Counted from the stretch's first letter, positions 19,676 through 29,537 are shown. The stretch: 64,000 nt of DNA from Dehalococcoidia bacterium (GCA_964291495.2 OZ219871.1:704001-768000); one strand, 5' to 3'. The notes: generated by a model not told the origin, from the sequence alone. A program made the numbers and translations.

Positions 19676-20521
19676 TCAGGTGAGCCCCAGCAGCTGCGCG
19701 GCGTTTCCGCCAAGCCACTTCTCGGTGACCTCGGGCTTGAGCGGAAGCTCGCGCAACTCACCGACCGCCCGATCGAACGGGACCATGCTGTTGGTCGCAA
19801 ACAGTACCTGGTTCTGCAGCAACGAATTGCCGAACTGCAGCAGCGTCTCCCAGCCCGAGCCGGGAGTCCCAATGTACTTCGGCGCCACCGCCCCGATCTC
19901 GATGTAGACGGTGCTGTGCTTCCATGCGATCGCGACCAGCTCGTTCACCCACGGCCATCCTCCGTGGTTCGCGACGATCGTCAGCTCCGGGAAGTCGCAG
20001 GCGATCTCGCACAGGTAGAGCGGCCGCCCGAACTCGATCGACCGGTTGTTCGAGAAGTTGATCGAGGCGTGGATCGTGACCGGCACGCCGAGTTCCTGGC
20101 ACTTCTGGTACAGCGGGTAGAAGCGCTTGTCGTTGGCCTTCAGGCGGTACGCGAAGGGCTGCAGGTTCACGCCCCGCATGCCTCGTTCGGTGATTTCGCG
20201 CTCCACGACGGCGACCATGTCGTCGTCCGTGCCGGGATTGACGGTGCAGTAGCCCGTGAAGCGCTCGGGATACTCGCGGACGACGTCGACCACCTCGTTG
20301 TTGAGCGCCCGATAGTCGCCCGAGGACCACTCCGCCTGCAGCACCGCATGGTCGACACCCGCCGCATCCATCGCGGCCACCAGGGCCTCCGGGGTGGAGC
20401 CACCTCCCAGATCGCTCGCGTAGACACGACGGTAGGTGGTCAGGTAGCTCCTGTCCTCGTCGTCTTCGCCCTCAGGTCGCCGCGCCAGCGACGGAGCGTC
20501 CACGCGAAAGTCGATGATCAC
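19676..20521 (-). CDS. Amidohydrolase_2 family protein
   Basis: IIDF start, YPLY..CQELGVPVTIH, NHGGWPW, VLFATNS. Confidence 0.85.
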   Translation of the reverse strand: MIIDFRVDAPSLARRPEGEDDEDRSYLTTYRRVYASDLGGGSTPEALVAAMDAAGVDHAVLQAEWSSGDYRALNNEVVDVVREYPERFTGYCTVNPGTDDDMVAVVEREITERGMRGVNLQPFAYRLKANDKRFYPLYQKCQELGVPVTIHASINFSNNRSIEFGRPLYLCEIACDFPELTIVANHGGWPWVNELVAIAWKHSTVYIEIGAVAPKYIGTPGSGWETLLQFGNSLLQNQVLFATNSMVPFDRAVGELRELPLKPEVTEKWLGGNAAQLLGLT

Positions 20522-20603
20522 CCGGCCACCCTCCCCAAGATTCGTCGCCTGGACGCGGCGGGCCAGCCACGCACGTAGCCGGGACGCTCTTGCAGGCGGT
20601 CTG

Positions 20604-20631
20604 ATTCTATCGCCCGAAAGATCGGCGTCAA
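20604..20631 (-). promoter_or_regulatory. Sigma70-type promoter with conserved operator-like core (copy 3)
   Basis: Minus strand TTGACG-16 bp-TAGAAT with CTTTCGGGCGATAGAAT, upstream of the amidohydrolase/ACAD pair. Confidence 0.8.
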
Positions 20632-20681
20632 TCCTGTCGCCACCGGTGCCGCGGTCCGAAGTCCGGCCGGCCCAGGGCGCT

Positions 20682-21620
20682 CTAGCCGACCGGCGGCAGC
20701 CCCTCGCCGAGCCGCACCTCGTTGATGGTCTCCAGCACGCGCTGGCGGAACGGAGCGTACTGGAGCTCGAACTCCTCGATGAGGCGCGAGTTGTCCACCA
20801 GGTAGATGCCAGACTGCTCGCGTCCGCCTTCGTCCGCGCCGAACGTGATCTCCGCCTCGGGCAGGAACTCGCGCACGACAGCCGCGAGGTCGCCGATGCT
20901 CATCGAGTGCCCGCCCGAGTTGTAGATGGAGTGGGCCGTCTCCTCGGCGAGCGTCACGCGCAGGAACGCCTCGGCCATGTCCTCGACGTGGAGCGGCAGC
21001 GTCATCGTGTCGCGGTAGGGGAAGTGGACGGGCTCGTTGCGCGCCGGCAGCACCTGGCAGAGCACATGATTCGTCGAGCCGCGCACCTTGTCGGGGCCGG
21101 TGATGTTCGCCGGGCGCACGCCGGTGATCGCCATGTCGTACGCGCGGTTGTACCAGTCCGCCTGGTGCTCGTTGAAGATCTTGGAGACGGCGTAAAGCCT
21201 GGTTCCGAGCCGCTGGTCATCCTCGTTCACAACGCGCTCGCCGTACATCCGCTGCGGGCCGTAGACCGCGATCGAGCTCGCGTAGACCACCCGCCGGATG
21301 CCGAGGATGCGCGCGGCCTCGAAGCAGTTGTCCATCCCGAGGACGTTGACGCGAACCTGCGGGTGCGGGTCGTCCTCCGTCGCGCCGAGGATGTAGGCAA
21401 GGTTGAGGATGCGGTCGGGCTTGCTGAGCGCGAGCACCTCGATGACGTCGTCCATCAGCGTGATGTCGCCGCGCGTGATCGTGACCCGGTCGCGCAGCGG
21501 GTCGAGCGAGGGCGCCTCGGGGGCGATGTCCATGCAGTGGACCTCGTGCCCGTGCTCGACGAGCTTGCGCATCACGCGCGGCCCGATGAAGCCGCTTCCG
21601 CCCAGTACCGCAACACGCAT
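20682..21620 (-). CDS. NAD-dependent epimerase/dehydratase (extended SDR)
   Basis: GGSGFIG, ASSIAVYG, YAVSK. Confidence 0.9.
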   Translation of the reverse strand: MRVAVLGGSGFIGPRVMRKLVEHGHEVHCMDIAPEAPSLDPLRDRVTITRGDITLMDDVIEVLALSKPDRILNLAYILGATEDDPHPQVRVNVLGMDNCFEAARILGIRRVVYASSIAVYGPQRMYGERVVNEDDQRLGTRLYAVSKIFNEHQADWYNRAYDMAITGVRPANITGPDKVRGSTNHVLCQVLPARNEPVHFPYRDTMTLPLHVEDMAEAFLRVTLAEETAHSIYNSGGHSMSIGDLAAVVREFLPEAEITFGADEGGREQSGIYLVDNSRLIEEFELQYAPFRQRVLETINEVRLGEGLPPVG

Positions 21621-21760
21621 TCCGCCCGCACCTTCCGCTTCGTGGCGGCTCGCCGCCGCTAATCTAGCGCCTCCGGCCGATCCGCTGCGAGGGACGCGGC
21701 TCCCCCTGGCCCCGAGGGTTTACCCTCACGCCGCAGACCGACGAACCGAAGGAGCGGACG

Positions 21761-22804
21761 ATGCCCCGCCTGCAAGCTGACCGGATTGAGAAGATCGCCG
21801 CCGACCTGCTGCACGGGGCGGGCGCACCCGCCGAGGAGGCCGCGATCGTCGCGAGGCACAGCGTGGCGGCGAACCTCGCCGGTCACGACAGCCACGGCAT
21901 CATCCAGATCCCGACCTACATCGGCCGGATCGAGCAGGGCCACATCGTGCCGGGCGCTCCGATCGACATCGTCTCCGAGACCGCGACCACGACGGTGATC
22001 GACGGCAACTGGGGCTTCGGCTACGTCGTCAGCGAGGAGGCGATGAAGCGCACGATCGCAAAGGCCGAGGAGCACAACGTCGCGGCGGCCACCGTCTACC
22101 GGCAGGGCCACGTCGGACGGGTGGCGGACTATCCGTTGATGGCTGCGGCGCAGGGGATGATCGGCCTGATGACCGCGGACTCCGGTCGCGGACCGAAGGC
22201 GGTCGCGCCCTTCGGCGGACGGGTCGCCCGCCTCGGCACGAACCCGATCTCGATCGCGGTGCCCTCGGACCTCGAGGGACCGCTCTACTTCGACATGGCC
22301 ACCGCGGCGGCGGCGGGCGGGAAGATCAGGCTCGCCCGGGCGCGCGAGCAGCAGGTGCCGCCCGGCTGGCTGATCGACGCCGAGGGACGCGCGACGACGG
22401 ACCCGGCCGCGCTCGATCAGGGCGGCGCGCTGCTGCCGCTCGGCGCGGACGTCGGCTTCAAGGGCACCGCCCTCTCGGTCATGGTCGAGATCCTCTCGGC
22501 GCTGCTGACCGGCCTCGGCTTCGGCGTCGAGCCGACGGGCAGGCACAACGACGGCTGCTTCATCGCGGTCTTCAAGGTCGCCGCGTTCCGCGATCTGCCC
22601 ACCTTCAGGCGCGAGGTGGCCGAGTTCGCGCAATACCTCAAGGAGACGCCTCCCGCGGAGGGGTTCAGCGAGGTGTTCTATCCGGGTGAGTTGGAGCACC
22701 TGCGCCGTGTCGAGCGTTTGCGCGACGGCGTCGACGTGGAGGACGCCACGTGGTCACGGCTGCTCGCGCTGGGCGAGAAGTACGGGGTGCACGTCGCCGC
22801 CTGA
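21761..22804 (+). CDS. Ldh_2 family oxidoreductase (malate/sulfolactate/ureidoglycolate dehydrogenase-like)
   Basis: GHDSHG, HVGR, GTNPI, DMAT, G..KG..L. Confidence 0.9.
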   Translation: MPRLQADRIEKIAADLLHGAGAPAEEAAIVARHSVAANLAGHDSHGIIQIPTYIGRIEQGHIVPGAPIDIVSETATTTVIDGNWGFGYVVSEEAMKRTIAKAEEHNVAAATVYRQGHVGRVADYPLMAAAQGMIGLMTADSGRGPKAVAPFGGRVARLGTNPISIAVPSDLEGPLYFDMATAAAAGGKIRLARAREQQVPPGWLIDAEGRATTDPAALDQGGALLPLGADVGFKGTALSVMVEILSALLTGLGFGVEPTGRHNDGCFIAVFKVAAFRDLPTFRREVAEFAQYLKETPPAEGFSEVFYPGELEHLRRVERLRDGVDVEDATWSRLLALGEKYGVHVAA

Positions 22805-22841
22805 CGGCGGCGCACGGCAGCGACGAAGGGCAGCCCTCGCA

Positions 22842-23561
22842 ATGTCCGACCAGGCCAGAGCCGAACTCGCGCCCGGCGGCGTGCTGCGCGCGGGGATCAA
22901 CATGGCGAACGCGCTCCTCGTCACCGGCCGCACCGAGGACGGAGACCCCGACGGCGTCTCGCCCGACGTGGCCCGCGCCATTGCCGAGCGCCTCGGCGTG
23001 CCGCTGCAGCTCGTCCCGTTCGACTCGCCCGGTGAGCTCGCCGACGCCGTCGGCGCTGATGCCTGGGACATCGGCCTGATCGGCGCCGAGCCGCAGCGCG
23101 CGGAGAAGATCGAGTTCACGGCGGCGTACGCGGAGATCGAGGCGACGTACCTCGTCCCCGCCGGCTCGCCGATCACGACGATCGAGGAGGTCGATCGGCC
23201 GGGCGTGCGCATCGCCGCTCCGGGACGGAGCGCCTACGGCCTGTGGCTGGATCGCAACATCGAGCACGCCACCCTGGTCCGCTCGGCCAGCGGGCCGGAC
23301 GCGTTCGAGCGGTTCGTCGCCGAGCAGCTGGACGCGCTGGCCGGACTTCGCTCCGGCCTCGTCGAGCTCGCGGATGAGCTTCCCGGCGCGCGCGTCCTCG
23401 ATGGCCGCTTTGCCACCGTGCAGCAGGCCGTCGGCACGGCGAAGGCCAATCGCGCCGGCGCGGCCTTCCTGCAGAGCTTCGTCGAGGAAGCCCGGGCATC
23501 CGGCCTCGTCACGACCCTGATCGCCAAACACAACGTCGAGGACAAACTCAGCGCGGCATGA
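22842..23561 (+). CDS. Family-3 substrate-binding-domain protein without signal peptide
   Basis: LAP.GVLRAGIN..N, D.PGVRIA pattern. No permease adjacent. Confidence 0.8.
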   Translation: MSDQARAELAPGGVLRAGINMANALLVTGRTEDGDPDGVSPDVARAIAERLGVPLQLVPFDSPGELADAVGADAWDIGLIGAEPQRAEKIEFTAAYAEIEATYLVPAGSPITTIEEVDRPGVRIAAPGRSAYGLWLDRNIEHATLVRSASGPDAFERFVAEQLDALAGLRSGLVELADELPGARVLDGRFATVQQAVGTAKANRAGAAFLQSFVEEARASGLVTTLIAKHNVEDKLSAA

Positions 23562-23580
23562 CCGCGCGCGTCCGGCCCTC

Positions 23581-23617
23581 CCTCCGGCCCCCTCTCCTGG
23601 GGGAGAGGGCGGGGGTG
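23581..23617 (-). repeat. REP-like palindrome, exact inverted copy of 6310-6346
   Basis: 37-bp identity to the reverse complement of 6310-6346. Confidence 0.85.
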
Positions 23618-23821
23618 AGGGGGCTCGCCGGCCTGAGTACCAGCTCGATTGATTGGTGCGCCCTCGAAAGCCCCAAGCGGGGGTGCCGGGCGCAGCCCCC
23701 CACGGAGGGCGGATGAGTGGGCCGGACTGCCCTCGGAGTCGGGCGGCGTCCGCAGTGTGAGATGCTGCGGTCCGCTCAACGCGTAGGCTTGAGGCCGAAG
23801 TCGCCGGGACGGAGGTAACGC

Positions 23822-24793
23822 ATGTCGATGGTGCAGACGATCCGTGGTCCCATCCCCAGCTCCGAACTCGGACGCACGCTGTCGCACGAGCATCTGACCA
23901 ACGGCACGGCCGGGATGGAGCGCGTCCCCGGGTTGCTCGACCGGGCGGAGATGATCGACCGCTGCCTCGAGGCGCTGCAGGTGGCCCACGACGCCGGGAT
24001 CGACTCGCTCATCGACCTCACGCCCTTCGACCTCGGCCGCCAGGTCTGGCTGTTCGAGGCCGTCGCCGAGCGCTCGGCGCTCAACATCGTCTGCGCGACC
24101 GGCGTCTACCGCTGGGTGCCCGTCATCTACAACGGCTGGGACGAGGACGAGATCGCGGCGCACTTCGCGCGCGAGATCGAGGAAGGGATCGAGGGCAGCC
24201 AGATCCGCGCCGGCGCGATCAAGCTCGCCTGGGACATCGAGTACCGGCTCGGGCAAGCGGACGGACCGAACTCCCCGCGCGTCATGCTGGAGCGGACGGC
24301 CCGCGCCGCGGCCCGCGCCTCGAAGGCGACGGGCGTGCCCATCTCCTGCCACACGCGCGCGGTCGACGAGCTCGGCACACCGCTGCTCGACCTCTTCGAG
24401 GACGAGGGCCTCGACCTGCGCGCCGTGACCATCGGCCATTCCAACGACACGCAGGACCTCGACTACCTGCGCGGCCTCGCGGCCCGGGGCGCGACGGTTG
24501 GCCTCGACCGCTTCTTCTCCACGGAGGACGACTACGTGGCCGAGCGGTCCGCGATCGCGCTCGAGTTGGCCCGCGCGGGGTACGCCGAGCAGGTCTGCCT
24601 CGGTCACGACGGCTCACCGGCCGGCCTCTGGGGCCGCTGGGTGGAAGCGCGCCGCAGCGACTGCTGGACTCGCGTCTCCCGCTACGAGGTGCCGTGGCTG
24701 CTCGCCAACGGCGCGACCGAGGACGACGTGGACGCGATGCTGCGGCGCTCGATCGCCGCGACCTTCGAGGCCGCCGCGGCACAGTCGCCGTAG
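23822..24793 (+). CDS. Phosphotriesterase-like lactonase family protein
   Basis: TLSHEHL, ATG, GAIK, CH, GH and GHD metal ligands. Confidence 0.88.
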   Translation: MSMVQTIRGPIPSSELGRTLSHEHLTNGTAGMERVPGLLDRAEMIDRCLEALQVAHDAGIDSLIDLTPFDLGRQVWLFEAVAERSALNIVCATGVYRWVPVIYNGWDEDEIAAHFAREIEEGIEGSQIRAGAIKLAWDIEYRLGQADGPNSPRVMLERTARAAARASKATGVPISCHTRAVDELGTPLLDLFEDEGLDLRAVTIGHSNDTQDLDYLRGLAARGATVGLDRFFSTEDDYVAERSAIALELARAGYAEQVCLGHDGSPAGLWGRWVEARRSDCWTRVSRYEVPWLLANGATEDDVDAMLRRSIAATFEAAAAQSP

Positions 24794-24853
24794 CCGCGCG
24801 ACGGGGCGCGGGCGCGACGTTGCCGGGGGTTCGGCGCGGGGCCTGCGTCCGGG

Positions 24854-25246
24854 CTAGCGCTCGACCTGCTGGATCAACTCGATCCTGACATCGTCCGGGG
24901 CTCGCATCCAGCAGACGCGAATGGCGCCGAAGTCGAGCGGCCCCTCCAGCAGCTCCGCGCCGAGCGCTTCGAGCCGCTCGATGTCCGTTTCGAGGTCCGC
25001 CGAGTCGAGCCCGAAGTGCTCCAACCCCTCGTGCACACCCGCGTCGCCGGGACCGAGCGTCTCGTTGGTGCGCGGGCCGGAGATGTTGACCGTGATGCCG
25101 TTCTCGCTGCGCGTAGCCACGAAGCGGTCACCGACCCCGCGGACGAAGTCATTCACGATCTCGAAGTTGAATGCCTCGACCCACCACTCCGCGCTCTTGC
25201 GCGGGTCGTGGGACTTGATGTGAATGTGGTTGATCGCGAAGGTCAT
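24854..25246 (-). CDS. VOC/glyoxalase family protein
   Basis: AGGAGG RBS. HIH, LEHFG, PD.VRIEL. Confidence 0.88.
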   Translation of the reverse strand: MTFAINHIHIKSHDPRKSAEWWVEAFNFEIVNDFVRGVGDRFVATRSENGITVNISGPRTNETLGPGDAGVHEGLEHFGLDSADLETDIERLEALGAELLEGPLDFGAIRVCWMRAPDDVRIELIQQVER

Positions 25247-25299
25247 CAGCAGCTCCTCCTGCTCGCTCATCATCGCACGATCGGGTCGCGGCGACGGGC

Positions 25300-27564
25300 T
25301 CAGCCGGCCTTGACGCTGCGGCGGTTTCGGAAGAGGGCCGGTTCCACGTAGGCGCTCGGCGAGGAGAGGGCGTCGTCGATGATCTCCAGCACCGCGGCCA
25401 GGGCCGGTTCAGCCAGCATGCTGTCCTGCTTCTCGCGGGTGTCGGCCAGGGGGACGTAACCGGACACCTCGGCGCTCTGCTCGTCCACGATCGCGGCCGC
25501 CTTCCTGACCGCGTCCTCGATGTCGTCCTGGCTGATCACGCCGTGCAGCCTCCAGTTGGCGAGGATCGCGCCGTCGATGCGCTCGGTGGCGCGGTCCTTC
25601 ATCTCTTCGATCTGGTCGAAGTCGGGCACCCCGCTGCAGCCAACGCCGCGCCGCACCCACGGCTCCACGTACGCCACCATGCTGTGGGCGTAGCGAAGGA
25701 CGGCGCGCTCCCTGACCCCGGAGGCGTCCAGCTTGCCCTCCCCCAACAGGGGGAACGCGAGGAGGGCGGCGCGGGGCACCGGGTCGGCGGCCGTGTCGAG
25801 CATGACCCGCTGCACCTCGTCGACGTCCACCATGTGGTAGTGCATCGAGTGCAGGTCGCTGGGGTAGGGGGCAGGCACCCAGGCCGTGTTACCGCCGCTG
25901 CGGGGATGGTCGATCTTGCGCTGCATCATCTCGGCCATCGCCCGGTTCCTGACCTGCATCCCCTTGCCCACCTTGCCGTGGCGGTGGAGCCCGGCGCGCA
26001 GGCCCACATCCACGTTGTCGAGCTCATAGCTCGTGTTGAACGTTGCCCGGGTCAGGTCGTCCCGCAGGTCGACGGGCCCGGCGTACATCTGCACGCGAAG
26101 CTGAGACCCGGTGCGGTCGAGGAAGCCGGTGTTGGTGAAGAAGACCCGGTTGCGGGCGGCCCGCAGCGCCTCGGGCAACTGCAGGGTCATGCCGAGCTCT
26201 TCGTTCATGATGCCGATGAGCATGGTCCCGGCGGGCAGCCCCAGGCCGCGCTCCACCGCCTCGAAGAACCGCATCTGCTCGGCGACCTCCTCGGCCGTGT
26301 GGAGCTTGGGAGTCACCTGGTAGACGAAGCCGCGGCCGCTGTTCGGACCGCGGACCGGCATGACGCCCTCGCCGTCCGCTCGGGGCTCCCCGTTGGAGCC
26401 CCGGTCGTGGGCGCTGGCGATGAGGGTGGTCAGCAGCACGCCGACGATGCGCTCCGGGACTTCCTCGCCGCCGAGCGTGACGGCGTCGGTGTACATGTGG
26501 ATCGAGACGTTTCGCACCGACATCAGGCTGGTCGCCTTGAGCGTCCGCTCCTCGCCGTTGACGTCGCGGTACGTCCTGTCGGAGTTGAGCTGCTTCAGGT
26601 TGCCCCGGGAGCCGTAGCCCTCGAGGCTGCCCCGGATCAGCCCGAGGTAGTTGCGCAACCCGTCCACCAGGTCGTCGGCGTCGACCACGGAGACCGCGTC
26701 CTCGAAGTCGATGATGTTGGTCAGGGCGGACTCGACGATCAGGTCCCTGAACTGGCCGTTGACCGGGTCGACGCTTCCGCCTTCGTAGAGCTGGAACAGG
26801 ATCCGGAGCCCGTTGTCCTCGAGGACGAACTCCGCGAGTTCCCCCTCGCCGTCCAGGTTGAACCCGATGAACTTGTCCGGGTGTTCCAGCCTGACGCCGG
26901 CGCCGTCCGAGGTCCGGCCCACCAGCTCATACGCGCCGTCGTCCTTGCGGCCGACCGAGTAGGCCGTGATCGAGTCGAAGCCGACCCCGCCCTGCCAGGC
27001 GCTGACGTGCTCATCGAGGAAGGCGTTGATCTCCTCCACGACCATCCGGAGCCGGGCGGGACGCTGCTCCTCGGCGTCGATCTCGGGGTGAATGTCGCTC
27101 AGGAAGTAGGCGTCGTAGAGACTGCCCCAGCGAGCGTTGGCCCCTCCGACGGCCATGCTGGCGTTGGTGACGGGGGTGACGAGTTCGGGGCCGTTCTGGT
27201 CCATCTCGGGATCGAGTCGCGGGGTGGCCACCTCGAAGTCCACCGGCCGCCCGGCCTCGAGGTAACCGATCTCCACGAGGAAGCTCTCGAGCTCCTCCGC
27301 GTCCCGGGCGGCCGACTCTTCGGACGGCGCCCAGCCGTTGCGGCGCTTCTCCCGGTAGTAGTCGTCGACCTGCCGTTGGACATCGGCCCGCCGGGCCAGG
27401 AGCTCGCGGTTGGGAGGCCCGAACTCCTCGACGAGCTCAGCGAGGACCTCGAAGACTCCATCGGCGGTCCAGGCGGTGCCCGCGACGGCCTCGTCCCTCA
27501 CGAAGTTGTAGAGGGTGTCATGAACCTCAAGGGTGTTGCCTGAGGGCAGCCGGACCGTTGCCAT
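25300..27564 (-). CDS. glcB: Malate synthase G-like protein (divergent)
   Basis: ANARWGSLYDA, DFED, VRNV, NTGFLDRTG, TAWVP, GCS.VPD, DRAT. Confidence 0.85.
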   Translation of the reverse strand: MATVRLPSGNTLEVHDTLYNFVRDEAVAGTAWTADGVFEVLAELVEEFGPPNRELLARRADVQRQVDDYYREKRRNGWAPSEESAARDAEELESFLVEIGYLEAGRPVDFEVATPRLDPEMDQNGPELVTPVTNASMAVGGANARWGSLYDAYFLSDIHPEIDAEEQRPARLRMVVEEINAFLDEHVSAWQGGVGFDSITAYSVGRKDDGAYELVGRTSDGAGVRLEHPDKFIGFNLDGEGELAEFVLEDNGLRILFQLYEGGSVDPVNGQFRDLIVESALTNIIDFEDAVSVVDADDLVDGLRNYLGLIRGSLEGYGSRGNLKQLNSDRTYRDVNGEERTLKATSLMSVRNVSIHMYTDAVTLGGEEVPERIVGVLLTTLIASAHDRGSNGEPRADGEGVMPVRGPNSGRGFVYQVTPKLHTAEEVAEQMRFFEAVERGLGLPAGTMLIGIMNEELGMTLQLPEALRAARNRVFFTNTGFLDRTGSQLRVQMYAGPVDLRDDLTRATFNTSYELDNVDVGLRAGLHRHGKVGKGMQVRNRAMAEMMQRKIDHPRSGGNTAWVPAPYPSDLHSMHYHMVDVDEVQRVMLDTAADPVPRAALLAFPLLGEGKLDASGVRERAVLRYAHSMVAYVEPWVRRGVGCSGVPDFDQIEEMKDRATERIDGAILANWRLHGVISQDDIEDAVRKAAAIVDEQSAEVSGYVPLADTREKQDSMLAEPALAAVLEIIDDALSSPSAYVEPALFRNRRSVKAG

Positions 27565-27771
27565 GAATCGTCAACTCCCGAGTTGCGCAGCGTTATCCAT
27601 CGTGAGGCGGCGCCTCCGACGGCGAGCGAACTGATCGGGTACCACGCTGCCACATCGTACGGCTTCGGGCGTGCGCACTGCGCAACGGTATCCCGATTGA
27701 GCCTGACGGCGTACCGTCAGGGCTCGCCATGGCCTCGCTGCGTGGAACGACAAGGTCGAGCGCGTCGCTGC

Positions 27772-28746
27772 CTACTGCCGCCTCCCGATGAGCGTGAGGT
27801 AGGCCTCCTCCAGCGACGAGGTGCGCGTCGTCATGTGGTCGACGTGCTCCGCCCCGATGTGGGCGACGATCTGGCCGGCATCCTGGTCCGAGGGGATGTG
27901 TACGCGAACCGTCTGGAGCATGCCCTCGCTGCGGCTCTCCACGTGTTGGACCTGCGGCAGCTCGCTCAGGGACGCCTGGAGTCCCTCCCGCGGTTCGCGC
28001 AGCGAGACCTCAACGACGGTCGCGCTGCCGAACTGCCTCTTGAGCGCTTCGGGGCTGCCCTGGGCAACCACGACGCCCTGGTCGATCACGATCAGCTCGT
28101 CGCAGAGTTCGTCCGCCTCGAGCATGAAGTGGGTCGTCAGCAAGATCGTGCGGCCCCGCTCCTTCAGGTCGGCGACCCGCTGCCGGAATTCGAAGGCCCC
28201 GAGCGGGTCCAGGCCCGCCGTGGGCTCGTCCAGGAAGAGGACGTCGGGGTCGGTGAGCAGGGCGCGCGCGAGGTGGAGCCGCTGCTTCATTCCGCGCGAG
28301 TACTCGAACACTTTCGAGCGCCGCCGCTCTCCGAGCCCCACCAACTCCAACAGCTCGTCGGCGCGGCGTTTCGCGTGGCGCGGCGAAAGATGGTTGATGG
28401 CGGCGAAGTACTCGAGGTTCTGCTCTGCCGTGAGCCGGCCAAAGAGACCCCGGTCGCCGCCAAGTGCGAGGCCCGTGCGCCGACGAACTTCGCGCGGCTG
28501 CGATGCGATGTCGAAGCCGGCTACGCGAGCGCTGCCCGAAGTCGGGAGGAGCAGGGTCGAGAGCATCCGCACCGTGGTCGTCTTCCCGGCCCCGTTTGGC
28601 CCGAGCAGACCGAAGATCGTTCCCGGCTGGACGACGAACGAGATGTCGCTGACCGCAACGATCTCGCTCCCCCTCCGCAGGGGACCGCCTCGCTGGAACG
28701 TCCGCCGCAGATTGTGGCACTCGATCATCGGAGCGTTCATCGTCAT
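27772..28746 (-). CDS. ABC exporter ATP-binding subunit
   Basis: GPNGAGKTT, YSRGM, LDEPT, TTH. Confidence 0.92.
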   Translation of the reverse strand: MTMNAPMIECHNLRRTFQRGGPLRRGSEIVAVSDISFVVQPGTIFGLLGPNGAGKTTTVRMLSTLLLPTSGSARVAGFDIASQPREVRRRTGLALGGDRGLFGRLTAEQNLEYFAAINHLSPRHAKRRADELLELVGLGERRRSKVFEYSRGMKQRLHLARALLTDPDVLFLDEPTAGLDPLGAFEFRQRVADLKERGRTILLTTHFMLEADELCDELIVIDQGVVVAQGSPEALKRQFGSATVVEVSLREPREGLQASLSELPQVQHVESRSEGMLQTVRVHIPSDQDAGQIVAHIGAEHVDHMTTRTSSLEEAYLTLIGRRQ

Positions 28747-29534
28747 TCCTCACCCCCTGCGAGGATTCCGCGCCGCCGGGCGGCCCGGTCGATGAGTACG
28801 AACACGACCAGTCCCAGGGCGGCGTAGCCGCCGGCGACCGCAAGTTCGAGCAAGAGGTCCGAGGACACGGCCGCCACCGAGTCACCGGCGAAGGCCCCTC
28901 GCAGCGCGCGCAGGCCGTGCGTGATGGGGAGCGCCTGCGCGACGCCCTCGAGCACCCGGGGAAGGCGGTCGACAGGGATGATCACGCCCGTCAGTCCAAG
29001 CAGCGCACCCAGCGCCACCGAAAAGAAGATCTGCCAGTCCCTGTAGAGCGCTGCGAAGTTTCCGAGGAGCAGGGAGAACATCAGGATGCCGATCGAAACC
29101 ACGGCGATCGCAACTGCGTACGTGAGGTAGTTCAGATCGCCCGCGTTCAGGTCGATCACGAGGACGGCGAGCAGGGTCGTGCTGATGGCGGCCACGGGAC
29201 CGTTGTAGAAGTGCCCGGCCCCGCGCGCGAAGTAGGCGGATGCCCGGTTCGCCGGGGATGCGAACAGCAGGTGCAGCGTTCCGCCGGACCGGTCGTTCGA
29301 GAACGACTGCGTCACACCGGCAACGTAGATCCAGACGATCGCGTAGACGATCATCCCGATGCCGAACCGGTCGACGTCCCCCACCTGCGCGAAGCGACCG
29401 ATCAGGACGAAGTTGAGCAGCATGAGGAACGGCGCGAGGACGAGATTGCTGAAGTAGGGGAACGGCGTGAGCCAGTGGAAGAGGCCTCGGTACGAGAGGT
29501 ACGCCTGCAGGTAGAAGTTCCGGACGCTGTCCAC
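28743..29534 (-). CDS. ABC-2 type permease
   Basis: About 6 hydrophobic segments, P...LP.......ALP.T motif, overlaps the ATPase start. Confidence 0.85.
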   Translation of the reverse strand: MDSVRNFYLQAYLSYRGLFHWLTPFPYFSNLVLAPFLMLLNFVLIGRFAQVGDVDRFGIGMIVYAIVWIYVAGVTQSFSNDRSGGTLHLLFASPANRASAYFARGAGHFYNGPVAAISTTLLAVLVIDLNAGDLNYLTYAVAIAVVSIGILMFSLLLGNFAALYRDWQIFFSVALGALLGLTGVIIPVDRLPRVLEGVAQALPITHGLRALRGAFAGDSVAAVSSDLLLELAVAGGYAALGLVVFVLIDRAARRRGILAGGEE

Positions 29535-29537
29535 GAT

